Below, in pieces: positions 1-8,342 of a DNA stretch of 32,000 bases. Origin of the DNA: Kiritimatiella glycovorans (lineage in GTDB: Bacteria; Verrucomicrobiota; Kiritimatiellia; Kiritimatiellales; Kiritimatiellaceae). Position 1 is the stretch's first letter; every line of letters begins with the position of its first letter. The stretch is taken from positions 2,640,001 through 2,672,000 of the forward strand of contig NZ_CP010904.1 in the NCBI RefSeq assembly GCF_001017655.1, given 5' to 3'. A model generated the notes under the pieces. It worked only from the letters and a program-made list of their open reading frames with translations. It did no database searches and was not told the origin of the DNA. The position numbers and the translations under genes were made by a program.

Positions 1-2451
1 CTGGCTGATCTCAAGTCCGGGGTTCCCCGCAAACTGCTGCCCGTTGAGGCTTTCCTGCTGCGAGACGGGAGTGATCTCCTTGAAGGTCGGCCGGCCGATC
101 GTCCGGCTCCAGGTCCCCCGCAGTTTGACGTCGTGAAAAGGGCCGAGGATGAACCCGAGCGAGGGCAGAATATCCAGCTGCTCGATGTCCGCGTTCGCCA
201 GTTCATCGAGCGTGGTGTTCATGGAATCGGGAGAAACGAAGTCCGGGGTTTCCGGATCCAGCCGCACGTTGAGCACGGTGGCCTGCTGATCGTTGCCGTC
301 CGCGGCGTGCACCTCCGTGTGCAGTTCGGTGTGTTCCCAGCGCGCGCCGCCGATCACCTTGAGCCACGGGGTGACGGGCATTTCGCCCATCAGGTACTTT
401 GCGTGAACGTCCATGGTTCCCGTGTAGTCCACGTCATCCGAGAACTCTTTGATCATCCAGTTGACTTCGTTGGTCATGGAGTCGTAGCCGAAGAAACGGG
501 AGTATTCCCGTCCCTCCCCGTACGGCGGGGGATATCCCAGCCGTATGTCCTCAAGGAAGACATCGCTCCAGAGATCGTCGAACGTGGCGTTGGTATACAC
601 GGCATACGGGGTGCGAGCACCCATAATACTGGGTGCCGTGTAGTAAAAGGAGTCCTGCGTATAGCTCCGGTCGACGTCGTTCCAGGCGAGACCGGTCTTG
701 AATTCCCCTTCACGCTCCGGTCCGAGCCGGAACGGCCATCTCAGGTTCAGGTCGGCGTAGCGGTTTTCCTCAATGATCTTTCTCCAGGCGCGCTCGGCAA
801 AGTTCTTGGGCTTGCGCGGCCCGCCCCACTGACCGGTGCTCGGGTTATAGGCGGCGAGGAAAAAGCGGCGGTCGGGCTCGTTCTGCTCCGAAGCATTGTC
901 CGCCAGCGACCAGTCGATCACGGGTTCCATCCATTCGACTCCGAGGAAGGAACCCTGAGGCATAAACGTGAGCGGGTTTTCGCCGCGGAGCTGAAGCGAG
1001 TCCATGCTGCGCTCGCGATAGATCAGCGACTGGTTGTGCCAGTAGAGGTTCTCATTGGTTTCATCATCCCAGCGGACACTCGCGGTATCTTCGGCGTGCT
1101 GGGTCCGCAGGTACGAGAGCGTGAGTTCATGCTCGTCTTTCTCGAACCCGACCATGCCTCCGACCCCCCACCGCACGGTCTCGGTGCCCTCCTGCATTTT
1201 CCATTGGTCCGGATCGGGGCTCTCATTGCCCTCTCCCGATTCGACGGGGATCTCGAATCCGGTGAATCCGCCGTTCGAGACCTTAAATTTGTCCTGCCCG
1301 TCATCGAAGTAGGAAAAGCTGTTCTTGTAATTCATCGTACCCAGCCAGCCGAACGAAGCCCCGGAATCCAGGTCCAGGCGGTCGCCATACGTGAATTCCC
1401 AGCTGTGGTCCACGGGCGCCGTGTCGCGGGAGGTTCCGATCGTATCGTTAAAACTGCGCACCTGGGCGTCGCTGTGTCTGAACCGCTCCTCTTCCGCCGG
1501 GGTCGGGTCGGGATTGTCGAAGTTGGGATGACCGCCGCGGGGCTTGGAGATGAGCGGCAGCACCTCGCCGGATTCGAGCGTCTTTTCACGATTGCCCTCG
1601 TCGACCCCCCAGTAATCCACGCCCCCGTTCCTGTAGGTGAGGAAGTCGTCGTTCCCGGTAGCCTGGCTGTTATAGGCCGTTCCCGCCTTGACCTCGAAAA
1701 TCTCCCCGTCGGGAATCGAGCGCGTGACGATGTCGACCATTCCACCCGAGGTGTTGGCCGGGAGGTCGGGCGTGAAGGTCTTGTGGACCTGGACGCTGTC
1801 GAGCATCGCGCTGGGAAAAAGATCGAGCTGCACCGCGCGGACATCCGGGTCGGCGGTGGGCATGGCGACGCCGTTGAGGCGGGTATTGACGAACCGGTCG
1901 GAGAGTCCGCGGATCACGGCGTACTTGCCGTCCTGTACCGAGGCGCCGGAGACCAGTTTGACGGCCTCGGCGGCCGAGCCCGCACCCGCCTTGCTCATCA
2001 GGTCGGATCCGATGGCGTCCATGATCCCGATGTTCTCCGCGCGAAGGTTGAGCAGGCCGATCTCGGTGCTGCCGCCCAGTTCCAGCGGACGGACCACCAT
2101 CTCGTTCATGTCCACGTACTCTCCGGGCATGGAGACGGAAACCTCGGCCAGCGTTCCGGGGGTCACGACGACACCGCTTTCGATCACCCGCTTGAACCCG
2201 GCCTTGTCAAACACGAGGGCGTACGTGCCGGGGGTCAGGTTCTCGAACACGAAATGTCCGCCGTCGACCGTCTCCGTCTCCGCGCCCGTCTCCGAGACGC
2301 GCACTGGAACCCCGTCGAGCGGGACCTCGAATTCGAGATCCAGCACCCGGCCGCGAATCCCCCCGGAAGGTGCGGCCCGTACCTCGAACCCGCCGCCGAG
2401 GACGAGGAGGACAATGCCCGTGATAATAAAACTGAAAAAACCGCGCCCCAT
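1..2451 (-). CDS. TonB-dependent outer-membrane receptor (N-terminal carboxypeptidase-regulatory-like domain + plug + barrel); C-terminus lies beyond the left edge
   Basis: My own minus-strand translation from ATG at 2451 gives MGRGFFSFIITGIVLLVLGG (signal). It continues GRVLDLEFEVPLDGVPVRV..FENLTPGTYALVFDKAGF (CarbopepD_reg-like). Plug motifs follow: KYAVIRGLSDRFVNTRLNG and LDLFPSAMLDSVQVHKTFTPDLPANTSGGMVDIVTRS. The frame stays open for all 817 codons down to position 1. It is missing from the ORF track because no stop lies in the window. The 801-aa + ORF 133..2538 is its antisense shadow. A GAGGGA SD lies about 9 nt upstream. Confidence 0.88.
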   Translation of the reverse strand, partial: MGRGFFSFIITGIVLLVLGGGFEVRAAPSGGIRGRVLDLEFEVPLDGVPVRVSETGAETETVDGGHFVFENLTPGTYALVFDKAGFKRVIESGVVVTPGTLAEVSVSMPGEYVDMNEMVVRPLELGGSTEIGLLNLRAENIGIMDAIGSDLMSKAGAGSAAEAVKLVSGASVQDGKYAVIRGLSDRFVNTRLNGVAMPTADPDVRAVQLDLFPSAMLDSVQVHKTFTPDLPANTSGGMVDIVTRSIPDGEIFEVKAGTAYNSQATGNDDFLTYRNGGVDYWGVDEGNREKTLESGEVLPLISKPRGGHPNFDNPDPTPAEEERFRHSDAQVRSFNDTIGTSRDTAPVDHSWEFTYGDRLDLDSGASFGWLGTMNYKNSFSYFDDGQDKFKVSNGGFTGFEIPVESGEGNESPDPDQWKMQEGTETVRWGVGGMVGFEKDEHELTLSYLRTQHAEDTASVRWDDETNENLYWHNQSLIYRERSMDSLQLRGENPLTFMPQGSFLGVEWMEPVIDWSLADNASEQNEPDRRFFLAAYNPSTGQWGGPRKPKNFAERAWRKIIEENRYADLNLRWPFRLGPEREGEFKTGLAWNDVDRSYTQDSFYYTAPSIMGARTPYAVYTNATFDDLWSDVFLEDIRLGYPPPYGEGREYSRFFGYDSMTNEVNWMIKEFSDDVDYTGTMDVHAKYLMGEMPVTPWLKVIGGARWEHTELHTEVHAADGNDQQATVLNVRLDPETPDFVSPDSMNTTLDELANADIEQLDILPSLGFILGPFHDVKLRGTWSRTIGRPTFKEITPVSQQESLNGQQFAGNPGLEISQ

Positions 2452-2462
2452 GCTCGTGTCCC

Positions 2463-3713
2463 TCACCAGGGCTCGCCCAGACCTGCCAACATCCGCTCCA
2501 GCCTGCCCTCAAATTCTTCCGTCAGCGTCAGCCGGTAATGCCCCATCGAGGCGCACAGTTCGGCCACGATACGCGCCCGGGGGCGGCCGTTGTTCTGCTT
2601 CTCCGCGAGATCCAGCACCCGCCCGTAGTAGTCCCGGGCGCGATCTTCCCGGCCGATGGAGGCGAATCCTCCGGCCAGTGCGGTGATCGCCTCCATGCGA
2701 TAGATCGGGCGGATCTTCTGCGCCTGCTGTTCGAGTATTTCGGCCGCGTCCTCCATAAGGACCGCGGCGCGCTCGGGGCTGTCGGCCTCCTCGCTCCAGA
2801 CCTGTGCCAGTCCGACGAGCAGCGGGATATCGAACCGTGCGTTGAGGGGCAGTGATTTCAGGTCCTCTTCCGCGCGTTCGAGCACGGCCCGCCCCGCCTC
2901 AGCCGAACCGCCTTCGAACGCCCGCATCGCCATCCGGCGCAGGCTCTGCTGACGCATCAGGGGGGGGAGTTCGGCGATCAGGCCTTCGATGCGGTTGGTG
3001 ATCTCGGAAAAGGCCTCCGTGCCGGAGGATGCATCAGGATGGCCGAGGAGATCCGCGTAGCCCTTGACCACGGCATGCCGCACTTCAAAGCTCTCGGTAT
3101 CTTCGCGCGCCTTCATGTGATCCAGGGCGGACTGCACGCCTTCGCGCTGCGCGAGGTCCTCGATGCGCTGTTTCGTGACGCGGATCGATTCCTCTTCGGG
3201 GAGGTCGGTCTCGAGGCGGCCCGCCTCTTCCGTGTGATCCAGCGTGCTGTGGACTTGTCCGATGTGGGCCGTGATGCGGGTCTTCTGCCACCCGTCGATG
3301 GCATCGCGGAACTGACGTGCGAGATCGAGATTTTTTTCCGCGGCCGCCCTGCGGCCCGCGCGGGCGTAATGCGCGGCGAGATCGGTGTAGAGTTGGCCGC
3401 GCCTCCAGTTGCCGACGTCCTTAAGCCGCGATTCGACTTCGTCGGCCAGTCCGTGATGGAGGTAGGTTTTGAGCACTTCGTACTGTGCGTCGCTCCGGGT
3501 CACGAGGTAGGAGCGCACGGTCGGTATGGCGGTAGCGAAGCGGAAGCCCCAGTCGAGAACCTCAAGTTCTTCGGCGGGGATCTGCGGCGGCTGACAGGAG
3601 GCGGCCTTATGTTCGCGGTCGCGGCATCCGGTCACCGCGACGGCACCCGCAAGGAGGAGCAGGGTCAGACCTGCGAGACATCTGTTTCTGCGGCATCCGT
3701 CTTTTTTCGCCAT
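2463..3713 (-). CDS. Lipoprotein, all-alpha TPR/HEAT-like helical-repeat protein of unknown function
   Basis: ATG at 3713. Signal peptide with lipobox LLLLAGAVAVTG|C. The rest is Ala/Glu/Leu/Arg-rich helical-repeat sequence. The stop is 11 nt upstream of the TBDR start, so the two are probably co-translated. No family recognised. Confidence 0.7.
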   Translation of the reverse strand: MAKKDGCRRNRCLAGLTLLLLAGAVAVTGCRDREHKAASCQPPQIPAEELEVLDWGFRFATAIPTVRSYLVTRSDAQYEVLKTYLHHGLADEVESRLKDVGNWRRGQLYTDLAAHYARAGRRAAAEKNLDLARQFRDAIDGWQKTRITAHIGQVHSTLDHTEEAGRLETDLPEEESIRVTKQRIEDLAQREGVQSALDHMKAREDTESFEVRHAVVKGYADLLGHPDASSGTEAFSEITNRIEGLIAELPPLMRQQSLRRMAMRAFEGGSAEAGRAVLERAEEDLKSLPLNARFDIPLLVGLAQVWSEEADSPERAAVLMEDAAEILEQQAQKIRPIYRMEAITALAGGFASIGREDRARDYYGRVLDLAEKQNNGRPRARIVAELCASMGHYRLTLTEEFEGRLERMLAGLGEPW

Positions 3714-3741
3714 GGGTTTTATTCCGTACCGGGCTGTTTCA

Positions 3742-3778
3742 GATAAAAGTCCGGTGGCGGGCCTTCCGGCCCGCCACC
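3742..3778 (-). terminator. Rho-independent terminator (or attenuator) between the 592-aa gene and the lipoprotein/TBDR pair
   Basis: Perfect 11-bp GC stem GGTGGCGGGCC-TTCC-GGCCCGCCACC (3753-3778). On the minus strand it is followed by GGACTTTTATCT. Confidence 0.65.
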
Positions 3779-3807
3779 AGACGTGAGTTAAGCGGTTCCC
3801 GAATTCC

Positions 3808-5586
3808 TTACTGAACGCTGACGCGATACAGCAGGCCTTCTTCGAACTCGCTCAGGTCCGTAACGGCCTTCGTCGAACCGTCGCCGAGCACCGTACCGAC
3901 CGGGTACCAGCTGTTGCCGTCCGTGGAGGCTTCCACCACGTAGGCCACCCCGTCTTCCGTCTGGAAGAACGTGGAGAACGTGAGTTCCGAGGTGGCGCTC
4001 GCCGGAGCGGTCGGATTGGCGGGCGTGTCCATGATCTCGCTGCCGACCAGCGACCAGCCGCCCTTCGTCCAGTCATAGCTGGGACTGAAGGCGCCGTAGT
4101 AGTCGACCGGCGTGAAGAACCCGTCCGCCGGAGCTGTACGCGGGGTGCCGAGCGCGACCGAGGTCGGGCGCGGATCCAGATTCGTCACGACCATGATGGT
4201 GTTACCGGCCGTGTCGTAGCTCTGGTGCGCCTTCCGGCCGATGTTCCGGATCGGGCTCTGCGAGAGCACGATGTTACGCTTGGAGGCGTCCAGCAGATCC
4301 ACATCGCCTTTGTCCGTCGAGACGCTCTTGCCGATATTGTAGAACAGGCAATCGGCGATCTCGGTCTGGTACCCCTGCGTCTGCGTCCGGTAGAAGTACG
4401 AGTCATTCGAGTGACACGCCGAGCTGTAATCCGCCGCCGGGTAGTTCGACCATACGGTCGTCCAGCCGTCCGCGGAGCTCGCCCCTTCCGAACTGTACTC
4501 AATGTCCACGCCGTCACCGCCCATGTCCATGACGATGAAGTTGTAGAGCTGCGGGCGGCCGTTATCCCGGATTTCGATGCCGGTATCATCGGCCCAGCCG
4601 CCGCCCCAGGAGGCGTCCGAGTTCTCGCCCAGCCCGATCAGCGTGTAGTTGTGCCACTGCGACAGAGCGTAGGGCTGCGACTCGTCCGGGCTCTTGCCGC
4701 CATCCATTTCGAACGCGCGGTTGGCAACCCCGCCGCCGGATTCGGCCAGCCCGGGTTTGCAGGCGCCCTTCACCACGAGGCCGAACTGCGACTTTCCGCG
4801 GTATCCGCGGTCGCTGTCGAAGGCATCGTCCCCGATGTTGTAGGTGATGAGGTACTTCGAGTTGACCGTGCCGCCAAACCATTCAAAGCCGTCATCCACG
4901 TTGTTGACCACTTCGATATGATCCAGCTCGGTGCCGCGGCCGACCGCGCCCATCGTCAGGCCGTTGATTTCCTCATTGGCCTTGAGACCGAATCCTCCGT
5001 AGCGGATCGAGACGTAGTGCATCTCACCCGAGGAGTCATCGTCATCACAGCCGCCGAACTGACCCTCCAGATCGGTGACCCCCTCGATCTGCTCGGTCCG
5101 GTTGGAAACCGGGCCGCCGGCCGTGTCGTTGGCGATATACGTGTCGCCGAGCACAATCACTCCGCCCCATTCCTCGGAGATCTGGTTTTCGGCCACGGAG
5201 GTCCCGTTGTAGAACGGGCTGGTCTTCGCCCCGCCCGGAACGTTGTCATCTTCCTCGTTGGTGAATACGATCGGGTTCGTCGCCGTACCCATCGCCTCGA
5301 TGTACGAGTCGGACGCAATCACGAGCGCGCCGGGATTGTTGTCCGCCCCGACCGTCTCGTCGTCGTCCAGACCGCGGATGACGGTACCCTCTTCAATCGT
5401 CAGCGTCGCGCCGTCCGCGACGAAGACGATATTCGACAGGATGTACGTGTTGTCCGAGGTCCAGGTCGTACTGGTCGTGATGTCGCTGGCGACCACCACG
5501 TCGGCGGCGTCCGCCTGCGTCAGGCCGAAGCCCAGCGCAGCCGCGGCAGCCGCCGCGATGCTCAGTTTTTTAAGACTACTCTTCAT
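3808..5586 (-). CDS. Secreted Asp/Gly-rich protein (592 aa), possibly beta-helix-like, with a small C-terminal beta-sandwich-like tail; function unknown
   Basis: Track ORF is 3808..5625. I prefer ATG 5586, which gives MKSSLKKLSIAAAAAAALGFGLTQADA (signal peptide) with AAGGAG upstream. Motifs: GGCDDDDSSGEMHYVSIRYGG, NGLTMGAVGRGTELDHIEV, DDGFEWFGG. No family name recalled with confidence. Confidence 0.75.
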   Translation of the reverse strand: MKSSLKKLSIAAAAAAALGFGLTQADAADVVVASDITTSTTWTSDNTYILSNIVFVADGATLTIEEGTVIRGLDDDETVGADNNPGALVIASDSYIEAMGTATNPIVFTNEEDDNVPGGAKTSPFYNGTSVAENQISEEWGGVIVLGDTYIANDTAGGPVSNRTEQIEGVTDLEGQFGGCDDDDSSGEMHYVSIRYGGFGLKANEEINGLTMGAVGRGTELDHIEVVNNVDDGFEWFGGTVNSKYLITYNIGDDAFDSDRGYRGKSQFGLVVKGACKPGLAESGGGVANRAFEMDGGKSPDESQPYALSQWHNYTLIGLGENSDASWGGGWADDTGIEIRDNGRPQLYNFIVMDMGGDGVDIEYSSEGASSADGWTTVWSNYPAADYSSACHSNDSYFYRTQTQGYQTEIADCLFYNIGKSVSTDKGDVDLLDASKRNIVLSQSPIRNIGRKAHQSYDTAGNTIMVVTNLDPRPTSVALGTPRTAPADGFFTPVDYYGAFSPSYDWTKGGWSLVGSEIMDTPANPTAPASATSELTFSTFFQTEDGVAYVVEASTDGNSWYPVGTVLGDGSTKAVTDLSEFEEGLLYRVSVQ

Positions 5587-5617
5587 GATATTCAGTATCT
5601 CCTTATTCTTCTTCTGT

Positions 5618-6268
5618 TCAGCCAATCATCCGATTGCGCATCATTGTACGGCGGCGGAAAAATGCCAGACCGAGACCGCTGACGATGGCGATCACGCCCG
5701 TCGCGGGTTCGGGCACAGCAATCGCGCTCTGCAGGCCGTCGAAATCAACGGCATTAAGGTCCTCGCTTCCGCCGGGATCCACGGGGGCATCCCAGTCGTC
5801 CTGCGTGTAGTATCCCACCTGCGTGATGCTGCCCGGCGAAGTGGCCGAACCGCTCAGGCCGGGGAAATACAGCACGTACATAGGATCGCCCGTATCGTAG
5901 CCGGCGGGCATATCGCCCGTCGCGACCTGAGGGTCCGAACCGCCGTTGGACGTGGTCAGATCGAAAACGCCATCGCCCGAACCATCCATTGCGCCGTCCC
6001 ATACGAGCAGGTCGTCGGAGTCCCATTCGAAGGTATCCGTCGCGAGCACGCTCAGCCAGGTGGCGTTGTTGTCTTCGTAGTTGGACAGGCCGGCGCCGTC
6101 GATCCCGTCGTCATCGATGTCGATGAAAACGCAGAACTTATCGCCGAGCTCAACCCTGTTGTCGTCAACGTCGTTGTAATAGCCCGAGATCCCGGCAAAC
6201 GAGACATCGGCCATCGCCGCCCCGGCCGTAAGACCGATCGCGGCAAGCGTGAGAAGCACCTTTTTCAT
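5618..6268 (-). CDS. PEP-CTERM sorting-signal protein (216 aa), acidic secreted domain
   Basis: Track ORF is 5618..6295. I prefer ATG 6268, which gives MKKVLLTLAAIGLTAGAAMA (signal) with an SD-like AAGGGAG upstream. The C-terminus VPEPATGVIAIVSGLGLAFFRRR has a PEP motif, a TM helix and an Arg cluster. Confidence 0.88.
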   Translation of the reverse strand: MKKVLLTLAAIGLTAGAAMADVSFAGISGYYNDVDDNRVELGDKFCVFIDIDDDGIDGAGLSNYEDNNATWLSVLATDTFEWDSDDLLVWDGAMDGSGDGVFDLTTSNGGSDPQVATGDMPAGYDTGDPMYVLYFPGLSGSATSPGSITQVGYYTQDDWDAPVDPGGSEDLNAVDFDGLQSAIAVPEPATGVIAIVSGLGLAFFRRRTMMRNRMIG

Positions 6269-6294
6269 AATGATCGTATCTCCCTTGTTATTCA

Positions 6295-7191
6295 TCAGTA
6301 GGGTTTCTGGACCGTGACCAGACCGCCGACTTCGCCCGAGCCCGTGCGCAGGACGAATCCTTCGCCCTCATCAAGCGTCTTGCCCGGAGTATTCCAGTCG
6401 CCCGTGAATGCGTTGTAGCTGACCGACTCCGCCGGCGGTTTGTTCTGTCCCGTCGCACCGTTGTCATACAGCTTCAGCGAACGACCGGTGTTCGCCGAAA
6501 CGGAGGCGGCCGTTACATCGACCGGGAAGCCGGATCCGATGTGGTAGTCGTCTTCCACACCCGCCGCGACGATGAACGCCGCCTTCACCTGCGGCACATC
6601 GCCGGCACAGGCAAACGTCAGCTCCTCGCCGGAACCGTTGCGGATGATCATCTGCGTCAGCGGCGGCACGATGGTGGCGGGCGTATTCCAGTTTCCGCCG
6701 AATGCATCGTAACTCACCGTATCCGAAGGCGCGTCGTCCACACCCACGGTGGCGCTGTTGTAGAACTTCAGCGAAACGTCGTTCGTGTAACTGATCCCGA
6801 AATGACTTTCGGGGAACAGCGACGCCACGGTGTGATGCGGGATCACCTGGAATGCATCGCCCGCGCTGATATGCGTCAGCACGTTCGTGTTTTCCATCGT
6901 GAATCCATCCGTCCCGTTGTCGCTGATCGTGGTCCACAGGCCTTCGCCCGTGCCGCTGGTCATCCGGATGTAATAATCATCCGCATAGTCACCAGCGGTC
7001 AGCGTGTCGGACACCGTCACGCCCGTCGCCGTCTTCGTGTCGACCGTCGTTTCCAACGCATAGTCCTGGCTGAAAGGCACCGAGACCATTACGTCGGCAC
7101 CGGCGGGAATCGTGGTGGCATTGTAGCCGACCCATTCCCCGGCCAACACGACCGGCGCGGACAGCAACAGGGCCGCCGCCGCAGTCATCAT
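6295..7191 (-). CDS. Secreted protein with two ~55-aa internal repeats (298 aa); resembles PVC-group secreted paralog families (tentative)
   Basis: Track ORF is 6295..7323. I prefer ATG 7191, which gives MMTAAAALLLSAPVVLAGE (signal). The 44 upstream codons are Arg/Pro-rich and look non-coding. Repeats: SLKFYNSATVGVDDAPSDTVSYDAFGGNWNTP..IIRNGSGEE and SLKLYDNGATGQNKPPAESVSYNAFTGDWNTP..VLRTGSGEV. Confidence 0.75.
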   Translation of the reverse strand: MMTAAAALLLSAPVVLAGEWVGYNATTIPAGADVMVSVPFSQDYALETTVDTKTATGVTVSDTLTAGDYADDYYIRMTSGTGEGLWTTISDNGTDGFTMENTNVLTHISAGDAFQVIPHHTVASLFPESHFGISYTNDVSLKFYNSATVGVDDAPSDTVSYDAFGGNWNTPATIVPPLTQMIIRNGSGEELTFACAGDVPQVKAAFIVAAGVEDDYHIGSGFPVDVTAASVSANTGRSLKLYDNGATGQNKPPAESVSYNAFTGDWNTPGKTLDEGEGFVLRTGSGEVGGLVTVQKPY

Positions 7192-7460
7192 ATGTTTCTT
7201 CGTACTCACTCCTCGTCCTCTCTTTTTCGGTTTCGGTTCTCTGCTCTCCTCCACCGGGCGACGGACCTCCCGCCGCCTTGCTCCGCCCTGCTGTGCAGCA
7301 GGACACGATTGCTCGTCATTCAAACTCCGGCAGGCCGCCCTCCCTTCTGTTCCCCGCCCGCCAGCGATGAACGACGCAGGGCATTCACACGTATGCCCGT
7401 TAAGAAAAAGTTAGGTCCGTCTGAAATATGGGTTAAATCGAAGGGAAGGGAGAACGCCGC

Positions 7461-7483
7461 AAAAACAGCGCCGCCGAGGCGCT
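7461..7483 (-). terminator. Candidate intrinsic terminator inside the long spacer
   Basis: Minus strand reads AGCGCC-TCGGC-GGCGCT-G-TTTTT. That is a 6-bp GC stem, a 5-nt loop and a U5 run. It lies about 270 nt upstream of the cassette start codon at 7191. Confidence 0.35.
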
Positions 7484-7590
7484 CCCGGCTCGTCGTGGCA
7501 CGGCATCCGTTTGCCATCGTGCCCCCCCCCTGAAAGGCGTATCCAGCTGCGTTCATGAAAACGAAAGACAATGCACACGATGACTGTTAG

Positions 7591-7612
7591 GGGATAGTTA
7601 GGGGGTAGTTAG
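7591..7612. repeat. Tandem 11-mers GGGATAGTTAG / GGGGTAGTTAG (minus strand: three CTAAC-containing units)
   Basis: Read directly. A partial third unit, CTGTTAG, lies at 7584-7590. Confidence 0.8.
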
Positions 7613-7666
7613 AATTGTATGGAAGGGAAAGGAGGAGAGAGAAACGGGAAGAAAGAGGGGGACAAG

Positions 7667-7712
7667 AAAGAGGTTAACCATGAAGGGGGGAAGGGCATGA
7701 AGGGAAAGGCAA
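7667..7712 (+). repeat. Left arm of a perfect 46-bp inverted repeat
   Basis: AAAGAGGTTAACCATGAAGGGGGGAAGGGCATGAAGGGAAAGGCAA is the exact reverse complement of 8297-8342. Imperfect purine-rich similarity continues outward to about 7640. Confidence 0.95.
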
Positions 7713-7806
7713 AAAATTGACAGGATGAGGGAAAAGGAGGCGGAAATATTAACCGAGCCTCTTGCAAAACACCCCGCAGCGCGGCGCCTGACGGCTTGCG
7801 TCGCAA

Positions 7807-7879
7807 CGTACGCGTACTCGTACTCAGCGAAGCGGTACTCGTACTCGAATTCCTTGAATCGGGGGAGTGGGATCGCGCC
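7807..7879 (+). repeat. GTACTC-hexamer module, copy A
   Basis: CGTACGCGTACTCGTACTCAGCGAAGCGGTACTCGTACTCGAATTCCTTGAATCGGGGGAGTGGGATCGCGCC. It matches the reverse complement of 19874-19945 with about 5 mismatches and 1 indel (hand alignment). Confidence 0.9.
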
Positions 7880-7980
7880 CTACCCAAGAGGTGCAAGCCG
7901 AACCCATGCGTGAGGGTAGGGACGGACCTCCGGGCCGTCCGCAAAACCGGCGCGCTTAGCCTGTCCGCCGAAGGCATAAA

Positions 7981-8041
7981 GGGCCGTTACGTTCACGCAC
8001 CCGGCCTGCCGAGGGGCAGGCGTGCGGCGCTACTACGAACG
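7981..8041. repeat. REP-like imperfect palindrome, copy A
   Basis: GGGCCGTTACGTTCACGCACCCGGCCTGCCGAGGGGCAGGCGTGCGGCGCTACTACGAACG. The core hairpin is CGCAC..GCCTGCC-GAGG-GGCAGGC-GTGCG. It is roughly 85% identical to 22541-22600 by hand alignment. Confidence 0.85.
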
Positions 8042-8178
8042 TTTGTCGTCTTCCATCCCGCCTCTTCCCCGAACGGCTCCACCACAAAAATCTGCGAAGA
8101 ATCCCAAAAAAGCCTTTTTCGGACCCTCACACGTCCGAACGCACCGAAACGTACGCGGGCGCGCCATGTTCACGTACA

Positions 8179-8223
8179 GAACCCCTCGTGGCGACCGCCG
8201 CAGGCGGGCGACGCGAAGGGTTC
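8179..8223. other. Long imperfect hairpin (about 18 of 21 positions paired, 3-nt loop)
   Basis: GAACCCCTCGTGGCGACCGCC-GCA-GGCGGGCGACGCGAAGGGTTC, paired by hand from both ends. Confidence 0.7.
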
Positions 8224-8296
8224 TGCAAGAGCCTCTCCCTGTAATCAAATCTTAAACTCCTGAGCCTCTCCTATATGCCTATCTCTTGCCTTTCCC

Positions 8297-8342
8297 TTGC
8301 CTTTCCCTTCATGCCCTTCCCCCCTTCATGGTTAACCTCTTT
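8297..8342 (-). repeat. Right arm of the perfect 46-bp inverted repeat
   Basis: TTGCCTTTCCCTTCATGCCCTTCCCCCCTTCATGGTTAACCTCTTT. An 11-bp tandem duplication TTGCCTTTCCC (8286-8296 and 8297-8307) sits at its inner edge. An imperfect pyrimidine-rich extension runs to about 8378. Confidence 0.95.

Noticed and set aside
133-2538. 801-aa + strand ORF, the longest in the track at the left end
   Set aside because: It is Arg/Val/Gly/His-rich with no recognisable motifs. It is exactly antisense to a motif-rich TonB-dependent receptor frame that stays open to the window edge, so it is a GC-driven shadow ORF.
3039-7533. + strand ORFs 3039..3746, 4225..5682, 5243..6301 and 6541..7533
   Set aside because: All lie antisense to the minus-strand cassette genes, which have signal peptides, a lipobox and a PEP-CTERM tail. 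Their translations are low-information and Arg/Val/Gly/His-rich.
7677-7720. SD-preceded mini-ORFs in the purine modules (MKGGRA*, MKGKAKN*; also MKDMKSMKVG* at 19794-19826)
   Set aside because: They are tempting as leader peptides. However, they are not conserved in length or sequence between copies and are a by-product of the CATGAAGG repeats. I kept them only as a note.
7609-8263. ORFs 7609..7977 (-), 7796..8263 (+), 8022..8255 (+) and 8033..8248 (-) in the long spacer
   Set aside because: They are low-complexity or repeat-derived. For example, the MRRYYER start recurs at 22581 only because the REP-like repeat is shared. They have no SD sites or motifs.
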